DNA of 64,000 nucleotides from Eledone cirrhosa (GCA_964016885.1 OZ024740.1:361646001-361710000); one strand, 5' to 3'; numbered from the stretch's first letter, positions 15,250 through 29,440 are shown. Numbers and translations are program-made. Notes: generated from the sequence alone by a model not told the origin.

Positions 15250-15560
15250 CGGGGCTTAGTGGTTAGGATGTTCGATTCAAGATTGCAACGTCGTAAGTTC
15301 GATTCCCAGAGGCATATTGTGTTCTTGAGCCTTATTTTGCGCTGCTTCGGACTATGCAACTGGCAAAAAATGAGTTGTACCTACTATTCAAAGAGCTAGC
15401 CTTGTCACACCCATATCACGCTGAATCTCCCTGAGAATAACATTAAATTTACGGCGTATCTGAGGAACTTTCCACCACTTACACGCTCATTTCAAGAGCA
15501 GGATGTTCTGTTGATTGAATTAACTGGAACACTCATCCTCAGAACCGACGGAGGTTCAGC
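15250..15560 (+). mobile_element. tRNA-derived SINE (second family)
   Basis: ggcttagtggttagg (A-box), agttcgattccc (B-box), and body gaatctccctgagaa..aactggaacactcatc..ccgacggag shared with the 23780, 41195, 42000, 47645, 53525 and 61440 copies. Confidence 0.75.
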
Positions 15561-15834
15561 AACAATAACAGTATTTTAATATGAGCTGTTTTTACTAGAT
15601 TTCACAATCTGTCCTTTTGATGTGCAAGATATTTATGCTTCTAATGTATTTATCTAAGTCAATTAAGTAACAAGACAGTTTTATCAAGAGATTAATTAAG
15701 TATACAAATTTTCTGTTTTATAATCTTTACCATTGAAACAGGCGCGGAATTTTCTAAGAATACTTCCCCCGGGAGAAAAAAATACTATTCTTTTGTTCCT
15801 TTCACTGTCTACCTATCCATCCATCCATCCATAT

Positions 15835-15945
<111 letters not shown>

Positions 15946-16078
15946 TATATATTTCAATCTATGTATTCATCTATCTATACACACACAAACACACATATAT
16001 CTATCTATTTATCTATCTCCTCAACAGTTACGCAGAGAAACTGTTCTAAAAACAGTAATTTTTAGGACGGTTTCAAAT

Positions 16079-17483
16079 GTGTCGAAAAAACCAGTTCAGT
16101 TATCCCAAAACGATATTGAACTGGTTCTGAAGAATTCCATGAAGGATATTGCCTTCATCCAAAAAGCGAAACTTTTTGGAAGCATTTCGGTGTTGTTGAA
16201 AGACCAATTGACAGCACAAAAATATTCTGTATCGCCGATTGTGTCCCCCCTTTACACCTTTTTCCCCACATATATGGGAAAAAGAACTAAAAAAATAAAA
16301 ATTTCGAACATTGCACCAAATGTAAACGTCTGGTGGATTCTAACTGGCTTCATCGATTTCGACGAAGACACCATCATTTCGGTGGGAAAGTCCTCCAGAG
16401 GCACATTCAATGGTACAAGCATGGAAGTTCTGGTCCAAATGAGGCCAGAACGGATAGCTAAAATACCCCAACGTGTGCCTCTGGATGGAATTTCACACAT
16501 AAACATTTCTGTTGAGGGTAGGCGGCCTTCATATTACCACTGTTTAAGCAGTGGTCACCTGAAGGCTTACTGTCCTCAGTTAACTAAAAAAAAGAGGCGC
16601 TACTGCCAACATCCAAAACGACAACACAACCACCACCACCACCACCACCACCACCACCACCACCACCACCACCACCACCACCACCACCACCACCACCACC
16701 ACAACAACAACAACAACAACAGCACGCAAACACAACCAAAACAAGAACAACAAACCAACCTGCAAGCACAGTCCCACCCAACCCCACTCCACCTAAAACC
16801 ACTGCAAAACACCCACAAACACAACACCTCCCCCAAACATAACACAGACACCACAACACACGAGGCCCCCACATCATCACCAAGTGATGATGAGGGAGAG
16901 CCTCTCCGTTCGAAAAGAAAGAAGAAAAGACACCACAAGAACAAAAAAAACAACAAACATCACTACAAACATACAACCACCAACACAAACAACACAAACA
17001 TTACAAACAAAAACCCCCCGTCCCGAAAACAAAACCACGACATCACTCCAAACACAAACACCTATAACAAAACGAAAGCTCCCACAAGAACAACAGACAA
17101 AAACCACCGCAACACAACAAGAACATTACACATACATAAACAGTAAAAACAAAACTTTAATGGAGGTTATCTCCAACGACCCTTCGGTGAAAACCGAAGG
17201 GAAAACTTTTTCGAACTGTGTAGACAAACCTAATTTAAAGATGATTAGGGTCCCTACGGACACCTATAAGTCTTTAAAGGAAAACTTTCCTAAGGACGTG
17301 GGTAATCCTTGTGTTAAACCCATTAACCGCGTCCTTTTAAAAGGTTTCCCCACCCTCACCCCAGACACCCCACCCCACCGGAAACCACCACCCACCCAGA
17401 CAACTCCTCTAACACCCCCATGGAAACCGTGCAGCCTGGTCCGCGGGAGACGAAGAGGTGAGTGTTTTCTTCTCCTCTTTTAA
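16079..17483 (+). pseudogene. LINE ORF1 (gag-like, degenerate CCHC knuckle), frameshifted, with (CAC)n expansion
   Basis: EGRRPSYYHCLSSGHLKAYCP, then a low-complexity region. A second frame (16884-17483) stops 15 nt before the ORF2 ATG. Confidence 0.75.
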
Positions 17484-17498
17484 CTTTTCAGAACCAAC

Positions 17499-20400
17499 AT
17501 GGCCAATATAAGAGTTGGGTGTGTGTATGTACGCGGCCTGGGGATGCCCTGGAAACAGGGCAAACTCTTAAACGACCTCAGGTCGCACAGTATGGATGGA
17601 GTAGCCATTTGCGAGTCCAGGATCCACAGCGAGCGACAGCTGGCCCCCATCTTCGATGACTTTGAGATCTACGCATCTCTCTGTCAGCCGGGGCGTGGGG
17701 GCGGGGTTGCTGTTTTGCTGCGGAAACACCTGGGCCTCGTAACACAGATGGTACATCTGGACCCGGAGGGTCGACTGGTGGTCCTAGACGTTGACGGTAG
17801 TGAAGGTGGAGCCTTCAGGCTGGTGGCTGCATATGCTCCATCCGGGACACCGCGGCCAGACTTCTTCAAACGTCTAGAGACTTTTCTGGGAACGTCCCGC
17901 TCCTTGCTTTTAGTGGGGGACTGGAATGGAATCCTAGATGCACGTTGGGACTATGTGGGAGCATGTCCCGATAAAGGGTGGTGTAACAACCTCAAACAGT
18001 TAATCGGCCGATTTGACCTGGGCGATAGATATCGACTAGATTTTCCGACTGTGCCACTGTGGACGTGGACTAATCGCAGCGGAACATCTAGATTGTACCT
18101 AGATAGGGTTCTAGTTAGAAATAAGGATAGGGACATGTTAGGCTGTCCACAAATGTTCATGTTTGCCTATTCAGATCACAAACTAGTGACCTGCATGGTC
18201 AACCTTGATAGAACCCATAGACAAGGACCCGGCTACTGGAAGCTGAACGTGTGGTTACCGACATGCAAAGCCTACAGTAGACGGATTAGCACTTTAGTTA
18301 AACAGCACTTGACAGGGGCCATTGTCAACAACAGTTAGATTAGACTCGTTAGTTTTTAGTAAAGAATTAGCGTTAGATAGAAATAGAACCGAGAAAGAAC
18401 TGGTAGATAAAGTAGAAGAGGCAATTAGAAGTGGCAACGTAGCCAGCGTGCTAGCAACGAGAACGGCCTTGGACCAGTTCTTCGACGCAAAGCATGAGGG
18501 CTGCGTTGTCAGAAGAAAAATACGTGCTCTGGGAAACGAGGGAGCCAAAGCTGTTAGCTGGGCCCGAGTGACGGAGGCAAAAGGTGACAAGTCCACGATT
18601 CGGTCTTTGAAGGACCAAAACGGACGCGTGATACGTGAGCCGAAGCAGATGTTTGCGGCCTTTCAGCGGCACTTTGCTCAGCTGTTCGGGCAGGGCGACG
18701 CGCCGGGAGGGGCTATGGATTTCGGTCCATACCTCGACGGCCTACCGCGACTCTCGGACAGCGAGGCAAAGTTCTTCGAAAAGCCGATTTCAGCCGCTGA
18801 GATAGGGGACACGCTGAGCCAATGAGGCAAACGCAAATCTCCAGGTCTCGACCGTCTACCCTACGAATTTTACATAGCAATGCCGGACTTATTATCTGAT
18901 CTCCTGGAAGCGGTCTACTGCAACTGGCAACAGAACGGGAGAATTCCCAGTTCTGTGACCGGGGGCGTAGTCACACTAGTCAGGAAGGACGAGAATAAGG
19001 GGGATGACATAGGCAACTTCCGGCCCATAACTCTGCTAAACACAGAGTTACAGATTTTTGCCAAGGTGTTGGCAAAGAGGCTGGCGCTTGTAGTCGAGAA
19101 CCTGGTGGGAGAAGCGCAGACATGCGCAATCCCGACCAGGTCCATACACGACAACCTCCACCTCATGCGATACATCATAGAGAGGGTAGGGTGTAAACCC
19201 GGCTTCGGTGGGGCCCTGATCAACTTGGATCAGTCTAAGGCTTTCGATAGGGTTGAACATCGTTACCTGGATGCGGTGCTCGAGGCGGCAGGCTTCGGAC
19301 CCGTGTACAGGGGCTGGATTGCTGCAATGCATAACAGCAACATCTGCTCAAGGGTTAAGGTGAACGGCTACCTCTCGAAGCCGTTCCATATCACGCGATC
19401 CATTCGACAGGGATGCTCTCTCTCTCCTCCCTTCTGTACGTATTGACTCTCGAGCCACTACTGCGGAAGTTGGAGCTATTGCAGGGCATCCCTCTGGAAC
19501 CGGGACTGCGGAAAGCGGCGTCGGCCTACGCCGACGACGTGACAGTAGTGGTGTCAAGCGCCTCGCAAATCGAGCAAGTCGACACCTTACTGAAGGAATA
19601 CGAAGGTTTCACAGGAGCGAAGCTGAACCGGGACAAGTCCATCGGTTTGCAACTCGGATCATGGAGAGGCAAACCGATGCCTTCCAATGGCGTCGTCGGA
19701 CGCTGGACGGAAGGACCAGTAAAGCTGCTCGGGGTCTGGTTTGTCCGGACCTCCAGGTGGAGAAGAACTGCAACGAAGTGTCGGCCAAAGGTTTGCACTC
19801 ACCCAAAAGTGGGCCGAGTGCAAACTATCCTTGAAAGGTCGAGCGGAGGTGGCGAACACTTTTATAGCGTCCGCCATCTACTACCGCTTGACCGTCGTGC
19901 CTTGTCCAGCCAAAACCCTCGCCAAAATGGAGCGCGCGCTCTTCCAATTCCTTTGGAAGAGGCGGGCTACTTTGGTGAGAAGATCCATCTGCTGCCAACG
20001 CCCTTCCAACGGAGGACTGGGGATGCCGTGGCTGACGATGCGCAAACACGCGCTCAGGCTGCGGCATCTCTACGTATTCCTCACCGGACAACCGGTGTGG
20101 GCCCCGTTCGTACGGCGAGCCTTCCCACGACTCGTTTCGCTTACCAAGCTGCAGTCCTGGGTCAAGCAAAGACCGAGGAATATGGGCGACTGGCACATCG
20201 AATGTGCTCAGGCGCTCACAGCCCTCTGGCAGGCGGACCCAGTGATCAGTGGAGACTCCACTTCGTCATTCTATATAGGGTTGATCCGCAGCAAGTGCGA
20301 CGACGTGCTCGGTGAAACTCTAGGCGTAGAGGAGGACGAACTGGCCAGTCTGTTCGGTAGGACCTTCCGCCCGGGACCGATGGACAACTTCCCAAAGTCC

Positions 20401-20906
20401 CTGGCCTGGCAGTGCTACCGAGGAGCTCTACCAGTTCGAGACAAGCTCTATAGACATGGGCGCCCGGGAAGGGACCCTGCAAAAAATATCTGTCCGAGGT
20501 GCGTGCGAGGCGAAGAAACCGTCGCGCACACATTCATACACTGCCCAGACGTCACCGACCTATGGGGCTATGTAGAACGACTATTGTCGCGGGTGGGACC
20601 AATCCGGTTGACCACCTAGTCCATTGTCATGATCAAACCGCCACCCTCCTTCAAAAACGAAGGAGAGGCGCTTTTCCTTTGTGTGAAAGCTATGGCGAAA
20701 GAGGTTGTTGGGGGACAAGGTTGAAAGGGCTGAGGTCAGACACTTTTCTCTCCGGCCAACAACTGATTCTTTTTTTCAAATACCACTTTGGAAGAAGAAT
20801 CAGGATGGAGAGAGAGGTGCTGTACCCCAGCAAGTTTTATGAAAGGTCGGTGAAAGTGGCGAGAATGGCCCGAGTGAATGGGCCTTCTCTCTATATCAGC
20901 CTGTAG
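17499..20906 (+). pseudogene. LINE ORF2: AP endonuclease + reverse transcriptase + C-terminal zinc finger, several stops and frameshifts
   Basis: APE: VAICES, GGGVAVL, AYAP, VGDWN, YLDRV, SDHKLV, GPGYWKLN. RT: FRPITLLN, LDQSKAFDRVEH, RQGCSLSP, AYADDV. C-terminus: GGLGMP, CPRC..ETVAHTFIHCP. Confidence 0.93.
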
Positions 20907-21224
20907 GTTGAGGAAAAAGAGGAGGAGAGGAAGGGAGTACAAACTCTTCGTACTCCTGGAGATGAGGGTTGCACATTTTTTTTCGGGCGTATGTGTTACC
21001 CATATGAAATGTCTCCCCCTATTTGGGGAAAATCGACTAATTTTTAAATTGCATTTGTGATAATATTTTACACGTTTTTATTCTATGTAAACTTCCCCCT
21101 TTGTATTTGCCCCCTTCTCTTGTACCCCTGTGGCTAATAAAGAAACATATCTATCTATTTATCCATCCATCAATCCATTTATCCATTCAGCCAACTACTT
21201 ATCTAACTATCTGTCTGTCCCCCC

Positions 21225-21268
<44 letters not shown>

Positions 21269-21273
21269 CTATA

Positions 21274-21328
<55 letters not shown>

Positions 21329-21469
21329 TCACAAGCATGTATGTGAATGAAATGTGAAATTTAGAAACTGAATGAGAATCTTTTTCGCTATACTTTTGAA
21401 CTATTTTATGGTTTCAAGAGTGTTGCTATCAATAGGGTTCAAAAAGGTTTTGAATTATAGAACCAAGAG

Positions 21470-21541
<72 letters not shown>

Positions 21542-23295
21542 ATGTTATTTTTAAATTCATAGTTATTCATAACATTTACTGACGAAAAGACTCCACAGTA
21601 GTGGTAGAGTTAAATTTATTATATTTATGTAATTCGCTTGGACAAACAAACGCCCATACATAGATATACATTCATATTTACGTGAGACTTCCATCATAGG
21701 TTTACACCTGGTAATAACTTTCCAAAGCATATGCTTGAGTAAAAGTGTTTTATGGAAACCCCGCAGTCACCCATGTATGCAAGTCTCCCCTCACCACAAC
21801 ATCGTCGGTTTTCCGAAGAAAAAGTCGATACATCTTGGCAACTGTAGTCGCAACACATATATGGACGATATATATATATACACACTGTATATGATGTTGT
21901 CGAAGGGAGAAGCAAAGGCAGATATAGCTTGGCACCAATGTTGTTCGCAACACATTTCTTCCAGCTGAGTGAAGTGGAGACATGAAATAAAGTGCCTTGC
22001 TCAATGACTTAACGCGCCATCCAGTCCGGCAATCGAGCTCTCGATTGTGAGCGCAACATCGTAACCGTCATACCACGGGCCTTCACACAATCATATATAA
22101 TAATGAAATACTCCCCACTATTATTTCCATTGTGGCAGTGTTCGGTAAGAGTTTGACTGTAAAATATACAAAACATACACAAAACAAGTAAATCTGAAGA
22201 ACATAAAACGGATAGATTCAAATAAGAAATTGTCGGTGTTGCTAGCGCCACTACCACCACAATCGCCGCCTCCACCGCCCGATCTACCACCACAGCCCTT
22301 CTCTCTCTTTTGTTCTCTCTCTTTCTCTCTCTTTCTCTCTCTTGTTCTCTCCCTCTCTCTCTCTCACTCTCTTTCTCTCATACACACACATACACTCTTA
22401 CCATCCCTTCCAGTGTGACCGATGTTTTACATAACATATACACCAGCTTTAATATAATAAATAATTTTAATTTTTCTTACTTATATAAGGATTTCAATTT
22501 TGTATTTAAATAAAAAGTTAAATCAAAATACAATAAAGAAAGAACGAAAAGTGTTGCCTCTTCACCCAACTGTTGTAAGATTAACAAAAAGTAAAGAAAA
22601 TACAGTTAGGATCAGTGGAAAAAAGACATAAGGTAAGTGATCATCAACAGAATACCAGGTGTAAAAAGCTGGCAAACACAGAGGTAGTAAGTAAATTTGG
22701 GGAGAAACAGAAGAGTGGAGCGATATAAGATGTGTTGACGCTATGAAAATTGCTCACTACAGCAGTATGTTTAGTTTAATATCAGAAGCTTGCTAAGCGA
22801 TAAGGATAAAGACTTGTTCGTTGGAAAGTAGCCAACTATTTTGAAGCTGAAACGTCTGTCTGTATCTCTATCTCTCTGTCTCTCCCGCTCTACCTCTTTC
22901 CCTCTGTCTCACCCGCTCTAGCTTTCTGCCCCCTTCTCTCTTTCTCTCTCTTAAATGAGAAAATGCTTTTGGATGTTAAACGGGAAATCTAGCGAGATTC
23001 CTGCAGCCCTCTTCTAATTGAAGCAGCTTCACTTGCTTATTAAGTTCAGATGAGAAGAAGGAAAATATCAATCAGCGTTTGTCTCATATATAATCACCAT
23101 TTTGATCAAGTAGGCTTTTGCACCGACTAATACAGGGCAATTTGATGTTAAAATTAGAGTCCTCTTCCCGTCCTGGAGAAACGACTAAACATTGCAAAAT
23201 TAAAGCTGGTTAGAAAAGTAGAAATTTTAGGGAAACAGAAAATGAGTGGGAAAAGTGTAAATAGAAAGAGAAAGAAAGAGAGGTGGGAGAGGGAT

Positions 23296-23367
<72 letters not shown>

Positions 23368-25317
23368 AAAGAGAAAGAAAGAAAGAGACGAAAAAGATAT
23401 GGTATTCAATTCAAACTGACGTCGCTTCTTTGAAATATATTAAAATGTTTGAGGCGTCGTTAAATATATCGTATAATGTGTTGAGCCCCGAAAAGTTTAA
23501 GTTACGTTTATACCAGCATTAACAGACTGCTGTCTGATTTCCTCTCTGGAAGAATTTAAACTCAATGCTTCAAGCTACCGAAACACTCATATAAGATATA
23601 TATCAGATATAAATGTCTATTCATTGCCTTCATTTAATTATTAAATGTCGAGAAAATAAGTATTTGAATAACAAAACATATTTGACTGTTAACATAGCGT
23701 CAATAATAAGAAAGCACTTTAAGTCTTGATATTTACAGAACTTTACTACTGTTTAAATTTGTGACATACTATGCTCATGTGTATGGAGGCAGGATGGCTG
23801 AATAGTTAAGACGTCCTGGACTAGATCTTATTAAGGGGCATCTTTACCAAAGCCTTGTCAGTGAATTTAGGATGCTGTTTGGAAGCCTGTCGGATGGACT
23901 GTAGTCTGTAATTCAAAGAGCTAGATTTTTTACATACATGCTGTCAAACTGAATTTCCATGATGATCGAGATAAACGCACACTTGTCTGGAATGCTCAAC
24001 GTTAATTCAATACGTTAATTTCACGAGCAGGTTATTCAGTTAATCGAACAATCGGAACACTCATCGTCGATACCGACGGAGAAGTCCATTCTTTTCTCAA
24101 GTATATTATTAACGTCGTAAATGCAATAAAATAGATACAGTTAGGATTCGAAGAACGAGTTACAGGTTCAGTTCGCTAAGAACTTCTCCTCTACAGCACG
24201 TTGAATGCCTTTGAATTAACAAAGTGGTGTATCTGTTGTTTTGTAAAGCAAACTCGTGTTTTAAGGTGTTATTTTTTTCAAATCACTTGTAGCTAGTTTG
24301 TTAGTAACTTATTCCACACTGCATCTGGAATGTTAATTAATTTTCTAGCACTGCATTCTATCAGTACATTCATAACATTAGAGTTGCTATGTTTATACTT
24401 GCCAGAATCCTCCAGGTTACATATCGTATTACCTAAACATATATTTAATTATAAATACTAAAAAACAAAAACAAAAACAAACTATCTTTCCAATAAAGTA
24501 ATTCAGTTTGTTAATATGACTTATGTTGATATTAAATAGAGATTGTTGTTTGTAGGTAGAATAGTATAGATTAAAAGACAATAGAATAGGATGGACCTCC
24601 GTCGATTTCGACTATGAATTTTCCAGTTGCTCCATCAACGGAACAGACTGTTTATGAAATTAACGAGCAAATGGCTGAACATTTCACAGTCAAGTGTACA
24701 TTTTATGTAATTCCCAGGGAGATTCAGTGTGACAGAGTGTGAAATAAGGCAGGTACAGTTCATCCGAGGGGTATCCAAACAATTTTTCCGTCTATCCAAT
24801 TTCACTCCCAAGGCTTGTGAAATAGGGCAAAGAGGAAGACCCAAATTGCAAGGATAATCCACAAACGATTTAGATGGTGCTACGTTTATGTAAAGTAGTC
24901 GTTACCAATGGCAGATACATATGGAGGTACAAAAGAGTGCTAGAAGAGTTACTTGATAGATGTTCTTCTTCTGTAGTTAACTTTGTAGAGTTATAAATTA
25001 ATATATATATGATGGCTGCAAACTCTGCTAAGAGTATTGCAATCGCTTGTCAGATTACAGAAAATGGTAAACTTTTAGGCTACGGCCAGCCACACAAACC
25101 TGTAACATAACCTGAACAAGCAATGCCTGTGCTTTGAACGTTTTCTTTAAGTGGGGAAGGGCCTTGCACTCGACCAATCGCACTCTCTGAGCATCGAAAA
25201 GACCACCCGAAAAGGAGAACTGGTCAACATCATCGGATGCCTTCCAAAGCCGCAGGTTTTTGTTTTAGAGTTTCCCTCTCTTAGAAAGGTGTTTTTTCTT
25301 TATTTTTTTTCGCTTGG

Positions 25318-25388
<71 letters not shown>

Positions 25389-25884
25389 CATACACACACA
25401 CAGACACACACACACACACGCATATATATATATATGTATGTATGTATATATGTATGTATGTACGTATGTTTATATATATATACATTAATTTATAACTCTA
25501 CAAAGTTGCATTTTCGATTTTATCTTTTTTCCTTATATATATATATATATATATATGTAAGCTATCGCCGTATTTTGACTAAAGAAATTATTTAGCCTGA
25601 TAGTGAGAAATGGAAAAAGATGAGTATTGGCGTACATGGGAGTCGAACCCACTATCAGGCTAAATAATCTCTTTAATTTCTTTAGTCAAAATACGGCGAT
25701 AGCTTACATTTCTAATAATTTCAAACCTACTCGCCGTTTCGAAAATATTCTTACTATATATATATCTATATCTATATATATACATATATGTGTAAATGAA
25801 GTAATTCCGTCGGAAAAGTCCAGGAAAAAAGAGTGCTCTATGTAGGTAACAGAGCTTAGTTATGTAATAAACAACATAAGGCAA

Positions 25885-25950
25885 TTATTCCATTTACCAG
25901 TGGTTTCTTAAAAGCAAAAGATTTTGCTTTCAATCCTCAGAATGAAAAAA
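25885..25950 (-). ncRNA. Type I hammerhead ribozyme (Naiad-like pLTR family)
   Basis: Minus strand reads ttttttcatt-CTGAGGA-ttgaaagcaaaa(tc)ttttgcttttaa-GAAA-cc-act-g-GTA^aatggaataa. The downstream tail is homologous to 38350-38410 and 56990-57020. Confidence 0.82.
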
Positions 25951-26001
25951 TCCTGGTCTGTTTATTGAATTTGGATTTTAAGAAACCACTGGTAAATATA
26001 T

Positions 26002-26114
<113 letters not shown>

Positions 26115-27139
26115 TATATGTATATTTATATATATATATATAGAGAGAGAAATTCATGCATAGGTGCTTAATAAATATTAATATTGTTTTGAAGAATAAA
26201 CCTTATATACATCTTCGATAACAAAAATTGTTTCTATATTAACCGGTAATTCAAATCGGTACGCGTTGAGCCATTATTTATTAAGCTCTCTTCCAAACAT
26301 GTGTGGGATATTAGAGCACAAACTAATCACATCGAATGGAACAATAGTTGCTGAGTCTTGATTTACTTTTTCTGGGATAACCCCCAATCCCATCTAGCAA
26401 GAGCAAAGAGCGAGAGCGGTAAATGATTGAGCATAAGTAGCTAGGTCATCGAAAATATAGCTTGATACATATTTTAAGAAAAGTTTTAATAGAATATTTA
26501 AGAAATTGCTTAGTCTATGTTTCGCATGTTGGTCATGCGACAATAGATAAATATTATTCAATGTATTTCGATTTAGATTGTTGGTATGCTTTGCATTTTT
26601 GTTTATTTTTCACGAATCTTCAGTAAGCGGTAAAAATTGTTATTCTTATATTTGAAGTTCATTATCTGTCAAACATCCCGATACAGATTTGATAATGTGC
26701 TTAGATTTACCATTATTTAGGAGTTCCTATATTGCTTTGTTATTTTGTAATAGGTATTATCTCCTACGATAATGTTGAGCAGTTGGCTATAAACGTAACC
26801 ATAATTGTTTCTACTATTGTCACAAGGCCAGCAATTATTCCAGTGCATTACTGGTACTTTATTTTATCGACCCCTGTAAGGATGAAAGGAAAAGTTAACC
26901 TCGGTGGGATTTGAACTCAGAAAATGACAACTGTGCTTCCATTGTCGGCTTCCTTAATTAAAATGTCAGTGTCTTGTAGTTCTTTGAGGTTTGCTCATTC
27001 TATCGTCTGGAAAAAGTAATCCCCAAAATTATCTCGTGCTTTAGTTATCCCTTATGGAGGCAAACGTTACTTTTACTTCGAACCATTGATTTTCCATACA
27101 CGGTAACCTTTTCAAAGTTAATCTTAGTTTACAGCAAAA

Positions 27140-28085
27140 TTCTGGGACATTTTTGTGAGGTAGGTTTCAACTCTTGACTTCCTTTTTGAAAATTGGGATT
27201 TTCACCAGAGATTCAGGCTACTCGGGTAGGGAATATCATTTCTATTTAACGTTTTCAACATCTTGGGCCCAATTTCACCATCCCTAGAGGCCTTGCAACA
27301 TTTGAGCTCTTTAATTGCTCTTGTGACTCCCAGCTTTCGAGAGGTTAGTCATCGCTCTCAGATGCATCTGAAGATGTGATCAGCAAAGTATCCTCTCCAC
27401 CTCGCGAGGATGCACATCTCCAAAGAGAGATTGCTCCAGTTATAGAGTGATCTCCTTGTTAAGCCTCCCCAGTAAAGTCTATGCTAAGTATTTGGCAAAG
27501 AGATGAAGGGATATTGTCGACTCCAAGCTAGCTGAAGAACAGTGTGGACGCAGCAAAGGCGACCAAATATTTCCCCTGCATCAGGTCTTTGAGAAATCAT
27601 GGGCGTAAATGCCACGAGGTGTTTGCTTCTTTCGGTGACCCCTAAAAGAGATATGACAGTGTTCCAAAAGGACCTGATGTGGAAGGTTCTGCAGGAGTAT
27701 AGACAGCTTCTTGTTGCCCCGATCACTCTATACGAATGCACGAGTATTTGTGTTTGGATACTAGGTCATTCAATGAGGGTGCCAGACTCCGCCAAGGGTG
27801 CATATTATCACAACTCCTGTTCATGATATTCATGAACAGTACTGATATGCGCAGATAGGTTGAAAGTGGTATCAAAGTCGGTGGGTGTGGGATCACTTGG
27901 CTGGAATTTGCAGAAGGCATTGTACTATTTAACTTGTCAGAATGTGATCTCCGACATGCACTTAATAAGTTTGCTACCGAGTGCTTCACGACAGGAATGA
28001 AAATCAGTGCTGCGAAGACTGAGACGCTCACCTTCTCAAGTAGGACTGCGGAGTGCATTCTACACGTGAGTGGAGTTCCACTGAA
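27140..28085. mobile_element. RTE LINE RT fragment with inverted 5' part
   Basis: 27140-27440 on minus gives ILARWRGYF and VTRAIKELKCCKASRDGEIGPKMLK. 27455-28085 on plus gives LLSLPSKVYAK, EEQCG, LRQGCILSQLLFMIFMN, LEFAEG. Confidence 0.8.
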
Positions 28086-28326
28086 GAAATATTTACCTAT
28101 TTACTTAGAGCACTCCTACAGTAGTTTCATTGAGTAAATCTCATCACTGTGTGCTGTGAAACTCGTCAAACATTCGAAATTATCGCTGGTAGTGGATAAC
28201 TCAGTCAAATACTTTCTTGTTTGAACATGTTCCATGGCGAGTTGAAGTTTTCACAGTACTCAATGCTGAGTTTTACTCAATGAAACTGCAGTAGGGACGC
28301 TCTAAGTAAATAGGTAAATATTTCTT
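28084..28326. repeat. Inverted-repeat (fold-back) element
   Basis: Arms aagaaatatttacctatttacttagagc..tgtgaaa and tttcacag..gctctaagtaaataggtaaatatttctt. Confidence 0.7.
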
Positions 28327-28362
28327 TATCTTTTTTGCGGTTCCCATGTATATATATATACA

Positions 28363-28585
28363 TATTAAAATAACAGATTAAAGTTTAAGCAAAGAATCGC
28401 TGCTTTCACCCTTAACGGGATCTTCTGAGTTTCACAAGATCCCGTTAAGGGTGAAAGCAACGATTCTTTGCTTAAACTTTTATCTGTTATTTTAATAAAT
28501 ACTTGCTCTACGGTTCTTATATATTTTATATATATTTATCCTTATTGAGCCCTCTTGGGATTTTAGTCTTTAAATTTATTATTAT

Positions 28586-28590
<5 letters not shown>
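28363..28590 (+). mobile_element. Fold-back hairpin plus tail element in (TA)n
   Basis: Near-perfect palindrome 28363-28496 centred at ~28428, then a ~90-bp unpaired tail to (TA)n. Confidence 0.7.
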
Positions 28591-28670
<80 letters not shown>

Positions 28671-28673
<3 letters not shown>

Positions 28674-28980
28674 ACTCTGGATGTCGGTGAGCATGTCCAG
28701 CTAACCTCAATCTCCTCTGTGTCACTTTTGAGCTGACTTTTGGCATGTTCCCATACAGCTCTGAGTTTTTCATCCTCAGTGTATACTGATTAATGTTCAG
28801 TGCTCCTTTGGGAGCCCCTACATGGACACACTAGAAGAGGAAGACCAAGGTTAACGTATGTTGATGCCCTAAGGACAGACGCTGGTCTGTTGGAGACGCA
28901 AGACATGGCAGCGATAATGAGGGACAGAGACCGCTGGAGAGAACTCGTCCATGGATCTTGGGAATTTTACCCGCCTTAGA
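28671..28980. mobile_element. RTE/RTE-X 3' end with 5' inversion
   Basis: Minus 28671-28805 gives NSELYGNMPKVSSKVTQRRLRLAGHAHRHPEL. Plus 28803-28980 gives LLWEPLHGHTRRGRPRLTYVDALRTD..MRDRDRWRELV. Confidence 0.8.
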
Positions 28981-28982
28981 TA

Positions 28983-29004
<22 letters not shown>

Positions 29005-29013
<9 letters not shown>

Positions 29014-29440
29014 CCGTTTATCGTTTTCGGTGCACCCGGCCGATTAACCCACTCGATATGCAAATTGGGCTTCTCAGCAGTTAATATGCATAAGGTAAGT
29101 ATATACGTTCAACAATCTGGCAGGAAGGTATACGTTGCTGACGATAGCTAATAAGCTTGAAACTAGTACAGCGTTCCTTTGTCAGTGTTGAACAAACGAG
29201 CAACGATGGTTGCTGGACACTACGGCTTAATACGGGATGTTTGTTTACAAACACACCGAGCATTATAATAAATGTTCGGTGAATCCATAGGTACATATAT
29301 ATATATATGTGTGCATGTATGTATATATATATACATACTACTGTACGTCTGTATACATATATGTATGTACGTGTACATACTTATATTTAAGTAACAGCCG
29401 TACTAAGAGTGGGAAATGAAATTTCGTTTCATTTTATCCG

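Larger units (their letters stand above)
16014..21146 (+). mobile_element. Tx1/L1-clade LINE, near full length, inactivated
   Basis: ORF1 with a zinc knuckle, ORF2 with APE-RT-zinc finger, a 3' UTR ending in aataaagaaac, and a 17-bp direct repeat atatctatctatttatc at 15997-16013 and 21147-21163. Confidence 0.92.

Noticed and set aside
19413-20315. 300-aa ORF and antisense ORFs within the LINE
   Set aside because: They result from frameshifts and the GC-rich composition of ORF2. Only the N-terminal part of this ORF is real RT sequence.
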